In this document: positions 1 through 12,551 of the stretch, in pieces
Position numbering within the stretch: position 1 is the stretch's first letter
Layout of the letters: the number at the start of each line of letters is the position of its first letter
NCBI GenBank assembly: GCA_022826185.1
Contig: JAJDVH010000145.1
Span: 2,951-66,950, forward strand
Origin: Alphaproteobacteria bacterium
GTDB taxonomy: Bacteria; Pseudomonadota; Alphaproteobacteria; Bin95
DNA: 64,000 bases
Direction of reading: 5' to 3'
Program-made: the position numbers and the translations under genes
Notes under the pieces: model-generated
Seen by the model: the letters and a program-made list of their open reading frames with translations, nothing else
Told to the model about the DNA's origin: nothing
Databases searched by the model: none

Positions 1-5
1 TGGTC

Positions 6-3317
<3,312 letters not shown>

Positions 3318-3423
3318 AGGTTTCAGGCGAATTCGTCGTAGAATTTAACAATTGGTGCAAATTTGGATTGAAATAGTATAGAATATACAGATATAGGCTG
3401 AATCGGAACGAAACAGGCGGAAT
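3318..3423 (+). promoter_or_regulatory. AT-rich (about 30% GC) intergenic tract upstream of the Fic gene, promoter-like
   Basis: Sharp GC drop in a ~68% GC background. Contains TTGnnn / TATAGAAT-like hexamers. Confidence 0.3.
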
Positions 3424-4941
3424 ATGAACGATTTTCGCGGTCGTCTCCTACCGGAAGCAGCCGAGTCGGCAGGCTATGCCTGGCTGATCGACCGCTATGG
3501 CTTGGACCTGCCCCTGCCGCCGCGGCTGGCGGCCATCGCCCGGCGCCACCATCCCCGTTCGACGCCGGATTGGCTGTTGCTGCCGCCTCCCCATCGTCCG
3601 CGCCCAACGCTGGCCGGCCATCTGGCGTTCGCCTTCCGGCGGGAGGGGATCGACCTTGCCGTGCTGGATGCCCTGTTCGCAATCCTGCCCGCCGGGGATG
3701 TGGCGGAAGCGGCGCGCGCGCAGCCGACCGGCGCGTTCTCCCGGCGGCTCTGGTTCTTCCGTGAGTGGCTGACCGGAGAGCGGCTCGACCTGCCCGATGC
3801 CGGAGCGGTGCGCTATGTCCCGGCCGTGGATACGCGCCTGCAGTTTGCCCTGGCGGGCGGCGAGCGGTCGCGCCGCCACAAGGTGCTCGACAACCTGCCT
3901 GGCACGCCTGCCTTCTGCCCGATGGTGCGGCGCACGCCGGCGCTCGATGCGGCTCGCGCCCTGCAACTCGACGCGCGCGCCCGCGACACCGCAGGCCGCG
4001 TGCATCCGGACCTGATGGCGCGGGCGGCCTCTTTCCTCCTGCTCAACGACACGAAGTCGTCCTTCGCCATCGAGGGCGAGCGGCCTTCGAATGTCCGCGC
4101 CGCCAGATGGGGCCGGGCCATCGCCGAGGCCGGGCAGCGAGCGCCCGACCGCGCGGAGTTGGAGCGCCTTCAGCGTATCGTTATTGAGGATGCGCGCTTC
4201 GTGCAACTCGGCCTGCGCAGCGAGGGCGGCTTCGTAGGGCATCACGACCGGATCGACCGCTCGCCGTTGCCGGACCATGTCAGCGCCCGGCCGCAGGACT
4301 TGCCGGGGTTGGTGGAAGGCGTCGCCGCTTACTGCGCCCGCTCAGTCGCGGACGGGCTGGACCCTGTCGTTGCGGCCGCGGTTGCCGCCTTCGGGTTCGT
4401 CTATGTCCATCCGTTCGAGGACGGCAACGGCCGCATCCACCGCTGGCTGATCCACCATGTGCTGGCGGCGGCGGATTACACGCCACCGGGCGTCGTGTTC
4501 CCGGTCAGCGCCGCCATCCTGAGCCGCATCGAGGACTACCGCCGGGTGTTGGAATCCCGCTCATCCGCAATGCTGCCCTTCATCGACTGGCGGGCGACGG
4601 AGGGCGGCAATGTCGAGGTGCTGAACGACACGGCCGCCTTCTACCGCTATTTCGACGCGACGGCCCACGCCGAGTTCCTTTACGGGTGCATCGAGCGGAC
4701 GGTGGAAGAAGACCTGCCGCGCGAAATCGGTTTCCTCACCGCCTTCGACCGCTTCGCCGCCGGCGTGAAGGACATGGCGGACATGCCGGACCGCCGGGTG
4801 GAGCTGCTGCGCGGCTTCCTGGAGCAGAACGGCGGCAGGCTTTCCGCCCGCGCCCGCAGCCGGGAGTTCGCGGCGCTGACCGACGAAGAGGCGGCCCGCG
4901 TCGAGCGGCTTTACGCGGAGAGCTTCGGGGAGGAGCCGTAA
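3424..4941 (+). CDS. Fic/DOC family protein (Fic_N plus Fic domain)
   Basis: Canonical Fic motif HPFEDGNGRIHR. Upstream SSFAIEGE (Fic_N-like). 505 aa. Confidence 0.8.
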   Translation: MNDFRGRLLPEAAESAGYAWLIDRYGLDLPLPPRLAAIARRHHPRSTPDWLLLPPPHRPRPTLAGHLAFAFRREGIDLAVLDALFAILPAGDVAEAARAQPTGAFSRRLWFFREWLTGERLDLPDAGAVRYVPAVDTRLQFALAGGERSRRHKVLDNLPGTPAFCPMVRRTPALDAARALQLDARARDTAGRVHPDLMARAASFLLLNDTKSSFAIEGERPSNVRAARWGRAIAEAGQRAPDRAELERLQRIVIEDARFVQLGLRSEGGFVGHHDRIDRSPLPDHVSARPQDLPGLVEGVAAYCARSVADGLDPVVAAAVAAFGFVYVHPFEDGNGRIHRWLIHHVLAAADYTPPGVVFPVSAAILSRIEDYRRVLESRSSAMLPFIDWRATEGGNVEVLNDTAAFYRYFDATAHAEFLYGCIERTVEEDLPREIGFLTAFDRFAAGVKDMADMPDRRVELLRGFLEQNGGRLSARARSREFAALTDEEAARVERLYAESFGEEP

Positions 4942-4962
4942 TCCCCTCCCGGCGGCCTCGCG

Positions 4963-6084
4963 CTACAGCGCCGCGTAGCGCCGGAGGTGGTAGTCGTTGT
5001 CGCCGAAGCTGCGGTCGATCATGGTGAGGCGCTTGAAGTAGTGGCCGGCGGCGTATTCGTCGGTCATGCCGATGCCGCCGTGAAGCTGGATCGACTGCTG
5101 GCCGACGAAGCGGGCCGACTTGCCGATCTGCACCTTGGCGGCGGACATGGCCTTCTTGCGGGCGTCCGCATCCTCCTCGTCGATCCGCATGGCCGCCATC
5201 ATCGCCATCGACTTCGCTTCCTCATGCGCGATGAACATGTCCACCATGCGGTGCTGGAGGACCTGGAAGCGGCCGATGGGCTGGCCGAACTGCTCGCGGG
5301 TCTTGAGGTATTCGAGCGTCATGTCGTTGAGCGTGCCCATCAGGCCGACCGCCTCCGCCGACACCGCCGCAATCGCCCGGTCCACCACTTCCTCGATCGT
5401 CGGGAGCCCGCCGTCCACTTCGCCGAGCGCATCGCCCGGCGTGTTGTCCAGCGTCACTTCCCCGGCCCGGAGGCCGTCGGCGGTCGGGTAGCCGCGCACC
5501 GAGAGGCCGGCCGCCTCCTTGTCCACCAGGAAGAGGGTGATGCCGTCCGCATCGCGCAAACCGCCCGCCGTGCGCGCCGACACGACGAACCGGTCGGCGG
5601 TCGGCGCGCCGAAGACGACGCTCTTCATGCCGGAGAGCCTGTAGCCGCCATTCGCGGCGTCGGCGCGCATTTCGACATCCTGGAGGTTGTAGCGGGCCTG
5701 GCGCTCGGCGAAGGCGAAGGCGAGCTTGCACTTGCCTTCCGCGACGGCCGGCAGGATCTCCGCCTTCTGCTCTTCAGACCCGGCAGCCGCGACCGCGCCG
5801 CCGCCCATGACCACGGTGGACAGGTAAGGCTCCGCCACCAGCCCGCTGCCGATGGCCTCCATGACAACCATCGTCTCGACGCCGGACATGCCGAGGCCGC
5901 CATGCTCCTCCGGGAAGGGGATGCCGAGCCAGCCGAGCTCGGCGAATTGCCGCCAGTGCGCGTCCGAATAGCCCTGCTCGGTAGCCACCAATTGGCGCCG
6001 CGCCTCGAAGCTGTAGTTCTCGCGCACGAAGCGCTGCACGCTCTCCTGCAGGAGCTGCTGGTCCTCGGAATAGTCGAAGTCCAT
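4963..6084 (-). CDS. acyl-CoA dehydrogenase family protein
   Basis: 373 aa. ACAD N-terminal, middle and C-terminal signatures (MDFDYSEDQQ..., GGLGMSG...). Confidence 0.8.
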   Translation of the reverse strand: MDFDYSEDQQLLQESVQRFVRENYSFEARRQLVATEQGYSDAHWRQFAELGWLGIPFPEEHGGLGMSGVETMVVMEAIGSGLVAEPYLSTVVMGGGAVAAAGSEEQKAEILPAVAEGKCKLAFAFAERQARYNLQDVEMRADAANGGYRLSGMKSVVFGAPTADRFVVSARTAGGLRDADGITLFLVDKEAAGLSVRGYPTADGLRAGEVTLDNTPGDALGEVDGGLPTIEEVVDRAIAAVSAEAVGLMGTLNDMTLEYLKTREQFGQPIGRFQVLQHRMVDMFIAHEEAKSMAMMAAMRIDEEDADARKKAMSAAKVQIGKSARFVGQQSIQLHGGIGMTDEYAAGHYFKRLTMIDRSFGDNDYHLRRYAAL

Positions 6085-6132
6085 GGCCTGTCCCTGTTCC
6101 TTCCTGTCCTCGGGTGCCGTCTCCGGAAACGC

Positions 6133-7302
6133 CTAAAGGCCGAGCACGGCCTTGGCGATGATATTGCGCTGGATCTCGTTCGAGCCGCCATAGATGGAGG
6201 CCTTGCGCCAGTCGAAATAGAAGGCCGTGGCCCCTGCCGCCTCGCTCGGCCCGACGGGGGGCTCGTTCCAGCCCCGGGCGAGCGCGCGCTCGATGAAGGG
6301 ATGCGCGAAATAGCCTTGCGCCTCCATCAGCAGCTCCATCACGTCCTGCTGGATTTCGGTGCCGCGTATCTTGAGCAGCGAGGCTTCCGGCCCGATCTCG
6401 TCGTCGGCCTCCTTCGCCGCCACCATGCGCAGATAGGACCAGCGCAGGTCCTCCAGCGCGGCGCCCGTCTCGGCGATGCGGCGCGAGAACTCCGGGTCGC
6501 GCCCGTCGTCGATCTCCTCCAGCCGGTCCAGGCGCTGGCGGCAGAGCCCGACGCCGGCCGTGCCCGAGCGCTCGTGCCCGAGCAGGTATTTGGCGCAGGT
6601 CCACCCCTTGCCCTCGTCGTAAATGCGCTCGGAGACCGGCACGCGGACATCCTCGAAGATCACCTCGTTGAAGTCCGACATGCGGCTGAAGCGCTCGATC
6701 GGGCGCACCGTCACGCCGGGCAGGCTCATGTCGATCAGCAGGACCGAGATGCCGTCCTGCTTCTTGCCGGAACTATCGGTGCGCACCAGCGCGAAGCACC
6801 AGTCCGCCCAGTCGGCGTTGGTCGTCCAGATCTTGCGGCCGTTGACGATGTAGTGGTCGCCGTCGCGCACCGCCCGGCAGGCGAGCGAGGCCAGGTCCGA
6901 GCCGGAATTCGGCTCCGAATAGCCCTGGCACCATATGGTCCCGCTGGAGAGGATGCCCGGCAGGTGGCGCGCCTTCTGCTCCTCGGTGCCGAAGGCGAGC
7001 AGCACGGGGCCCACCATTTGCGGGCCGAAGGGCACCGGCCCCGGCGCGCAGGCGAGGCAGCTTTCCTCCTCGAAGATGAACCTCTGCGACGGCGTCCAGC
7101 CCGGCCCGCCGGCGGCTTCCGGCCAGTTGGGGCACATCCAGCCCCGTTCCGAGACGGCGCGCATCCAGTCCACGACATCGTCGCGCGTGAGCAGGCTGCC
7201 GTCCCTTACCTTGTCGCGCACATCCTGCGGGAGCCGGTCCCGGATGAAGGCGCGCACTTCCTCGCGGAAGGCGCGGTCCCGGTCGGTAATGTCGATCCGC
7301 AT
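6133..7302 (-). CDS. acyl-CoA dehydrogenase family protein
   Basis: ACAD-like (YSEPNSGSDLASL). Start placed at internal MRIDITD. Confidence 0.75.
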   Translation of the reverse strand: MRIDITDRDRAFREEVRAFIRDRLPQDVRDKVRDGSLLTRDDVVDWMRAVSERGWMCPNWPEAAGGPGWTPSQRFIFEEESCLACAPGPVPFGPQMVGPVLLAFGTEEQKARHLPGILSSGTIWCQGYSEPNSGSDLASLACRAVRDGDHYIVNGRKIWTTNADWADWCFALVRTDSSGKKQDGISVLLIDMSLPGVTVRPIERFSRMSDFNEVIFEDVRVPVSERIYDEGKGWTCAKYLLGHERSGTAGVGLCRQRLDRLEEIDDGRDPEFSRRIAETGAALEDLRWSYLRMVAAKEADDEIGPEASLLKIRGTEIQQDVMELLMEAQGYFAHPFIERALARGWNEPPVGPSEAAGATAFYFDWRKASIYGGSNEIQRNIIAKAVLGL

Positions 7303-7382
7303 GATCGTCCCTCCCTCACCCGAGTCGGAAGCTAGGGCCTTCATCTTCTCAAGACAAGCAGCGCCGGTGCGCCCTTTTTCGA

Positions 7383-7865
7383 TCAATCCAACGCAAGGCG
7401 CGATAGCAACTTGAGGCCGCTCTGGTTCAGTCTGCGCCGCTGAGGAGCGTTGCGGGGAATTCGGATCCTGTCCGTCGCGATCCAGATGTAGCGCGTGTCC
7501 GCGCCGCCGCGGTCGGTCATCCTGCGCAGATCGTCGGCTTCTTGAGCCAGCCAGTCGCGCAACTGTCGCAATTTGGCCAGGACAGGAGCAACTTCGCCCG
7601 TCTCGGCCTTGTGGACCTCGATCCAGATGGCTCGTTCGACGCTGATCGGTGGCCGGTAGCCGATGCCGTAGTCCCAGCGCGGCTCGTTGGCGTACCGCGG
7701 TACCTGTTGAAGCGCGGCGTCGAGATCGATGCTTCCGGTTATCCGGCTCCCGTCTGCGCCGGATACTTTGCGCCGGTGATGCCGCTCAAGGGCCTCCAAT
7801 CCGGGCCGCCACGCTCCATCGACGGGAGCCGAGGCCGCCTCTACCGCCCGCCTGAATGCAGTCAT
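7383..7865 (-). CDS. hypothetical 160-aa protein, partner of the upstream ATPase
   Basis: Start ATG overlaps the ATPase stop (ATGA), so the two genes are translationally coupled. No recognisable family. Possible D...ExxK-like motif (SIDLD ... IWIEVHK). Confidence 0.5.
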   Translation of the reverse strand: MTAFRRAVEAASAPVDGAWRPGLEALERHHRRKVSGADGSRITGSIDLDAALQQVPRYANEPRWDYGIGYRPPISVERAIWIEVHKAETGEVAPVLAKLRQLRDWLAQEADDLRRMTDRGGADTRYIWIATDRIRIPRNAPQRRRLNQSGLKLLSRLALD

Positions 7866-9025
7866 CCTTGTGCAGCGGCCCGGTTCGCGACTTCAGCCAC
7901 GATATCTCCTGCATGGCCCGAAAACTCCGTCAGGCCGCCCCAGCCGCTCTGCGCAACATCTTCCGAACCGGGATCAAGCTCCGAAATGTCCCGGACTCGT
8001 CCGTCGTGGGTGAAATAGTAAGTGTTGAGGGTTCCGTTCAGCGCAGCCTCGGCAATGCCTCGCGTCGCCGGGTTCAGGGGCAGGCTGAGAAGCCGGGTAA
8101 CATCCCTCGCAGTCCCGCCGTTCTCCTGGAGGAAACGGAGCGCCCAAACCATATCCAGCACATGCGGAGAATGGGTGGACAGGCAAACGCGGTATTCGCG
8201 ACGCAACAACTCCAGAACCATATTCAGAACCGCATTGATGGCGTTCGGATGCAGCCCGGTTTCCGGCTCCTCGATTACGACCCATTGGACATCGTTCCGA
8301 CGCGGAGTGCGGGCCGGCGGCAGCAGCCAGTACAGCCCCAGAAGAAGGGGCACGAATTCGCGCTGTCCTGCGGACCAGACAGAATAGGGGAGCGGGTGAC
8401 CTCTCCTTCGCTGCAGGATCAGACGGCTTTGGTGGCCGGCGGTGTCGGAGCGCAAGCCGAAGCGGCCGAAGATATTCGTTGCGAGCGGGTCCCGAAGCGC
8501 CGCATTCAGGCGCCCTTGTCGTGGAAAAACATTCTGGTTCAGACCGATTTCCGTTTGCACGATCCAGTGCAGCTTATCGCTGAAGTCTCTCAATACGAAA
8601 GGGTCTCCGGCCCTGTAATCGCTGAACGGCCGCGTCATCCCGTCCCGCAGGCTCATCACCCGCTGCGCCGGGATATAGAACATGCTTTCGCGGGCATTTC
8701 GGGACCCGCGGCTGCGGCCATAACTGTCCAGGCCTGTATCGTTTCTTGCATTGCCGAGCGTCAGGCGGCTGCTTTCAGCGTTCCATACAGCGGACATACC
8801 TTCGCCCAGATAGAGATTGAGAAATGCGGCGAACTCGTTGCGCCACGCCATTCCGAAACGCTGCATGGTTTCGTGGATTATGTGCTTGTCCTGAAGCAGT
8901 TTCAGGATCTGGAGGAAAATGCTCTTGCCGGTCGCCTGGGGTCCGACGAATACGGTCAGGTCTCCGAACCGTATATCCGCCTCGCGGACCGGCCCGATAT
9001 TGCGCGCCCTTATCCGCTCGACCAT
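7862..9025 (-). CDS. ABC-type/AAA_15-AAA_21-like ATPase (OLD/AbiEii-like P-loop NTPase)
   Basis: Walker A GPQATGKS, ABC-signature-like SAGQRE, Walker B VVIEEPETGLHP, H-loop STHSP. Local GC about 58%, below flanks. Confidence 0.7.
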   Translation of the reverse strand: MVERIRARNIGPVREADIRFGDLTVFVGPQATGKSIFLQILKLLQDKHIIHETMQRFGMAWRNEFAAFLNLYLGEGMSAVWNAESSRLTLGNARNDTGLDSYGRSRGSRNARESMFYIPAQRVMSLRDGMTRPFSDYRAGDPFVLRDFSDKLHWIVQTEIGLNQNVFPRQGRLNAALRDPLATNIFGRFGLRSDTAGHQSRLILQRRRGHPLPYSVWSAGQREFVPLLLGLYWLLPPARTPRRNDVQWVVIEEPETGLHPNAINAVLNMVLELLRREYRVCLSTHSPHVLDMVWALRFLQENGGTARDVTRLLSLPLNPATRGIAEAALNGTLNTYYFTHDGRVRDISELDPGSEDVAQSGWGGLTEFSGHAGDIVAEVANRAAAQG

Positions 9026-9099
9026 AGGTCCGAAGCCCCCGGAATACCTGCCGCCATCCTAGTGGCTGCCCGGTAGATCGCCAAGCGCCAGCATGCTTG

Positions 9100-9471
9100 T
9101 CAGAACATCCGCCCGCCGTCCGGTACCGGGCGTTCCGGCGCCAGCAGCACGACTTCTCCGTCCTTGTCGGGGAAGCCCAGCACCAGCACTTCCGACATGA
9201 ACTTGCCGATCTGCTTCGACGGGAAGTTGACCACGCCCGCGACCTGGCGCCCGACAAGCTCCTCCGGCGCGTAATGGGCGGTGAGCTGGGCGGAGGTCTT
9301 GCGCTCGCCGACCTCCGGGCCGAAATCGACCCAGAGCTTGAGCGCCGGCCGGCGCGCCTCAGGAAAGGGTTCCGCGCGCGTCACGGTGCCGACCCGGATA
9401 TCGACCTTCAGAAAATCCTCGAACGAAATCGCCACTCCCGCGTCCCCCGGCTGCGAAGCGGCGCGGACCAT
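9100..9471 (-). CDS. csaA: tRNA-binding protein CsaA/Trbp111 family
   Basis: ISFEDFLKVDIRVGTV ... VVNFP..QIG.FMSEVL motifs typical of CsaA. Confidence 0.7.
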   Translation of the reverse strand: MVRAASQPGDAGVAISFEDFLKVDIRVGTVTRAEPFPEARRPALKLWVDFGPEVGERKTSAQLTAHYAPEELVGRQVAGVVNFPSKQIGKFMSEVLVLGFPDKDGEVVLLAPERPVPDGGRMF

Positions 9472-9528
9472 GGCGCAGGCAAGGCCCCGCCGCAAGGCTC
9501 CCGGTTTCCGGCGCGCGCGGGGAGGCGT

Positions 9529-9705
9529 TCAGGCGCCGTCTGTCGGCTCATCCAGCCGTTTGCCGTCGAGTTCCCGTTCGCGGCGGCGGGCATTCGGGTC
9601 CGGCCGGGATGCGCCCCGCTGCGCGCGGCGTTCCTTCGCCTTCTCCCTCCGCGCCGTCCGGTCCGCGGCCTTGCGCGCCTTGTTCAGATTGACGATCTCC
9701 GCCAC
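9529..9705 (-). CDS. small Lys/Arg-rich protein, DUF4169-like
   Basis: GTG start. VAEIVNLNKARKAADRTARREKAKERRAQ... resembles DUF4169 small alphaproteobacterial proteins. Confidence 0.45.
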   Translation of the reverse strand: MAEIVNLNKARKAADRTARREKAKERRAQRGASRPDPNARRRERELDGKRLDEPTDGA

Positions 9706-9770
9706 CGGCCCCTCCGCATCGTGTAAGTTGCGGTTTTCGCTGACCCGGACCCTACCACCGCCGGAGCCCG

Positions 9771-12551
9771 ATGCGCAGACTTTCCCTCATCGCGATGGTC
9801 GTGGTGCTGGCGGCAGCGGGCCTGGCGGCAGTCGCATGGCAGGGTCCGCGCGCCCTGGACTGGTCGCATCTGGAGCCGCTTGTCCGCGATGCGCTGGGAC
9901 GCGAGGTTTCGCTGGACGGCCCGATCCGGTTCGACCTCCTGCCGAGGCCCGAGTTGACGATTGCCGGGGTCTCGGCCATCGACATCGAGGTGCGGGAGGT
10001 GAAGGCCGTGCTGGACGCCGGCGCGCTCCTGGCAGGCAACCTCAAGATTGAAAGGCTGGAGTTTTCCGGCGTCGACGTCACCTTCGACCGTTCGCTGTTG
10101 CGCCCGCTGCCGCCGCTGCCGGTCAGCCATATCCGCGTCAACGACAGCACCCTGGCCTTCGGGAACGCGATTGTCCCGGTCGAGACCGCAACATTGACCG
10201 TCAGGGGGCCGGAAGGCCCGTACCGCCTGGAAGCCCGGGCGGTGCTGGACGGCCGGGCGCATCGGATCGCGGCTTCGGTCGGCCGGTGGCGGGACCATAT
10301 GCCCGTGGCGGTCTCGTTCGGCGGCGGCGATTTCGAAGCGCTCGCAGTCGGCGCGGTTGCGAACGACCGGTCTTCCGGATTCGCGTTCTCCGGGCGGCTC
10401 GCGGCGAGCGGTGACTCCGCGAACGGATGGAGCGGCACTTTCGACGCCGAAGTCCGGCTCGACGCTGACGGGGTGGAGTTCTCCGATGTCGATGCGGTGT
10501 TGGCGGACCAGCGCTTTACCGGCGCGGTCCGGGCGGACTGGCGGGGACCCGCGGCGATCGATGCCCGCCTCTCCACGGGACTTCTTGTGCTCGACGGCTG
10601 GCGGGACCGGTGGACCCGGCTTGCCGGCTTCGCGCCCGGCGCCAGCCTGCGGCTCGCTCTCGATGCCGGCGCCGCGAAGCTCGGCGACCGGACGGCGCGG
10701 AGGGTCGAGGCCGCGTTTCTCCGCGATGCAGGCGGGTTTCGGATGGAGAGCCTTGCCGCCGTGCTGCCGGGCGGCACGCAACTCACGATGTCCGGACACG
10801 GCCATGACAGCGCCGGCTTCTCGCTCAGGACGAAGAACCTCCGCGCCCTGCTGTCCTGGCTGGGGGTCGATCCCGGCGCCGTGGAGGAAACGCTGCTGCG
10901 CGACTTCGTTGCAGAGGGCCGGCTGCGGCTTGACGGCAGGGGCATCTGGCCGGACGCGCTGCGGTTGCGCATCCAGCATGGCGACTTTGCGTTCGAGGGG
11001 GTCCGCGGCAGCCTCGACGGCGCCCGCATCGAGGGCCGGCTCGCGCGGCGCAGCGGACTGCTCGATGCCGGGCTGACGGCGGAGGACCTGCCGCTCGATC
11101 CCTACCGCTCCATACTCGAAGAACATGGCCCGGATCCGGGATCACTGTCTCTGAACCTTGCCCGGACCCGTCTTTTCGGCGTTCCCGCGAAGAGGCTGGA
11201 ACTGGATGCTGAAATGCGGGAAGGCGGGGAACTCGCCGTCTCCCGGCTGGCGGTGGAGGATGCGGGCGGCCTTTCCGGAGAAGCGAGCGGCAGGTTTGGA
11301 GACGGGGCCGCTTCGTTCCGGGTCTCGGCGCGGACGAGCGATCTCGACCGGAGCGCCGGCCTCTACGGTCTTGTGCTTCCGGCCGTCGCCCGCGGCCTCG
11401 GCGCCGTCTCGTTCGAAGGCCGCGGCGAAGGGCCTGCAAGGGCGCTTCCGGTGGAATTGCGGGCCGGCGCCGGCAGCCGGCAGTTGCGTCTGGAAGGCGA
11501 ACTCGTCGAACGGGAGCGCTTCCAGGGCAGGGCCGAGTTGCGAGGACCGTTGCCGGCGAGCCTCCGGACAGCGGACGGCGAGGCCTCTGCGGTGCTGACG
11601 GCGTCGGTGCGGGCAAGCCGGGACCGGGCCGATTTCGACGACATCGAATTCCGGCATGGAACGCTCCGTGCGCATGGGCAGGGCTCGATCTCGCTGGACG
11701 GCCCGCGGCCGGCGGCGAGAGTTGCGCTGGCGGCCGCGCGTATCGAGCTGCCTGCGCCTTCCCGGGATATTCCGGTCTGGCGGCGCAGGCCGCTGGAAAC
11801 CGCGCCGTTCGGAGACGCCGAGCTGGATTTCGAGCTCAGGGCCGGATCGCTCGGCATCGGCGGCGAGGAACTGGACGACCTGAGGCTCGACTTCTCCCTG
11901 ACGCCTGAGGCGTGGGTGCTGAAGACCGGCGGGGCGGGCTGGAGAGGCGGACGTCTCGCGTTCGACGGCTACCGGACGGGTGAGGGCCGCACGCTGCTGA
12001 AATTCAGACTGCGCGATGCCGTCTTGCCGGATGGCATGGATTTCGGCCCGGCCGGCGCCCGGATGGACGGGTTCCTTGCCGTCGAGTCGGAAGGCCGCAG
12101 CCCCCACGGCCTGGTTTCCACGCTTTCCGGCATGGCGAGCTTCGATTTCTCCGGCGGGCGTCTGGCCGGTGTCGATCCAGCCGCCGCACGCTCGGCCCTC
12201 GAGGACGCGCCGACTTCGGCCGAAGTGCTGCGCCGCCTGCGGGACGCGCTGATGTCGGGCGGGAGCCCGCTCATATCGGGACGCCTGGAGGCCCGCATCC
12301 GGGATGGCGTCGCCCGCCCGGTCGCCGGGAGCTTCGCGCTGGCGGGAGGGCAGGTTGCCGTTTCCGGGTCTGCCGACCTGCGGCGGCGCCTTTTGGACCT
12401 CAACGGCCGGCTTGCCTTCCCCGACCTGCCGGAAACGCCGCCGCTCGGTTTCTCGGTCGCCGGTCCGCTGGCCTCCCCGGATCGCCGGCCGGACGTGGGG
12501 GCTGTCGAGGCCGTGCTGCTGTCCGAGGGCGTCGCCGGACTCGTCAGATAG
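9771..12551 (+). CDS. AsmA family outer-membrane assembly protein
   Basis: 926 aa. N-terminal signal/TM region. AsmA-like N-terminal region and long beta-rich body. Confidence 0.7.
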   Translation: MRRLSLIAMVVVLAAAGLAAVAWQGPRALDWSHLEPLVRDALGREVSLDGPIRFDLLPRPELTIAGVSAIDIEVREVKAVLDAGALLAGNLKIERLEFSGVDVTFDRSLLRPLPPLPVSHIRVNDSTLAFGNAIVPVETATLTVRGPEGPYRLEARAVLDGRAHRIAASVGRWRDHMPVAVSFGGGDFEALAVGAVANDRSSGFAFSGRLAASGDSANGWSGTFDAEVRLDADGVEFSDVDAVLADQRFTGAVRADWRGPAAIDARLSTGLLVLDGWRDRWTRLAGFAPGASLRLALDAGAAKLGDRTARRVEAAFLRDAGGFRMESLAAVLPGGTQLTMSGHGHDSAGFSLRTKNLRALLSWLGVDPGAVEETLLRDFVAEGRLRLDGRGIWPDALRLRIQHGDFAFEGVRGSLDGARIEGRLARRSGLLDAGLTAEDLPLDPYRSILEEHGPDPGSLSLNLARTRLFGVPAKRLELDAEMREGGELAVSRLAVEDAGGLSGEASGRFGDGAASFRVSARTSDLDRSAGLYGLVLPAVARGLGAVSFEGRGEGPARALPVELRAGAGSRQLRLEGELVERERFQGRAELRGPLPASLRTADGEASAVLTASVRASRDRADFDDIEFRHGTLRAHGQGSISLDGPRPAARVALAAARIELPAPSRDIPVWRRRPLETAPFGDAELDFELRAGSLGIGGEELDDLRLDFSLTPEAWVLKTGGAGWRGGRLAFDGYRTGEGRTLLKFRLRDAVLPDGMDFGPAGARMDGFLAVESEGRSPHGLVSTLSGMASFDFSGGRLAGVDPAAARSALEDAPTSAEVLRRLRDALMSGGSPLISGRLEARIRDGVARPVAGSFALAGGQVAVSGSADLRRRLLDLNGRLAFPDLPETPPLGFSVAGPLASPDRRPDVGAVEAVLLSEGVAGLVR

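Noticed and set aside
4987-7335. 782-aa plus-strand ORF
   Set aside because: Antisense to two well-supported acyl-CoA dehydrogenase genes. Composition-driven open frame typical of high-GC DNA. No domain signal.
9097-9726. 209-aa plus-strand ORF
   Set aside because: Overlaps csaA and the DUF4169-like gene on the opposite strand. Low-complexity translation.
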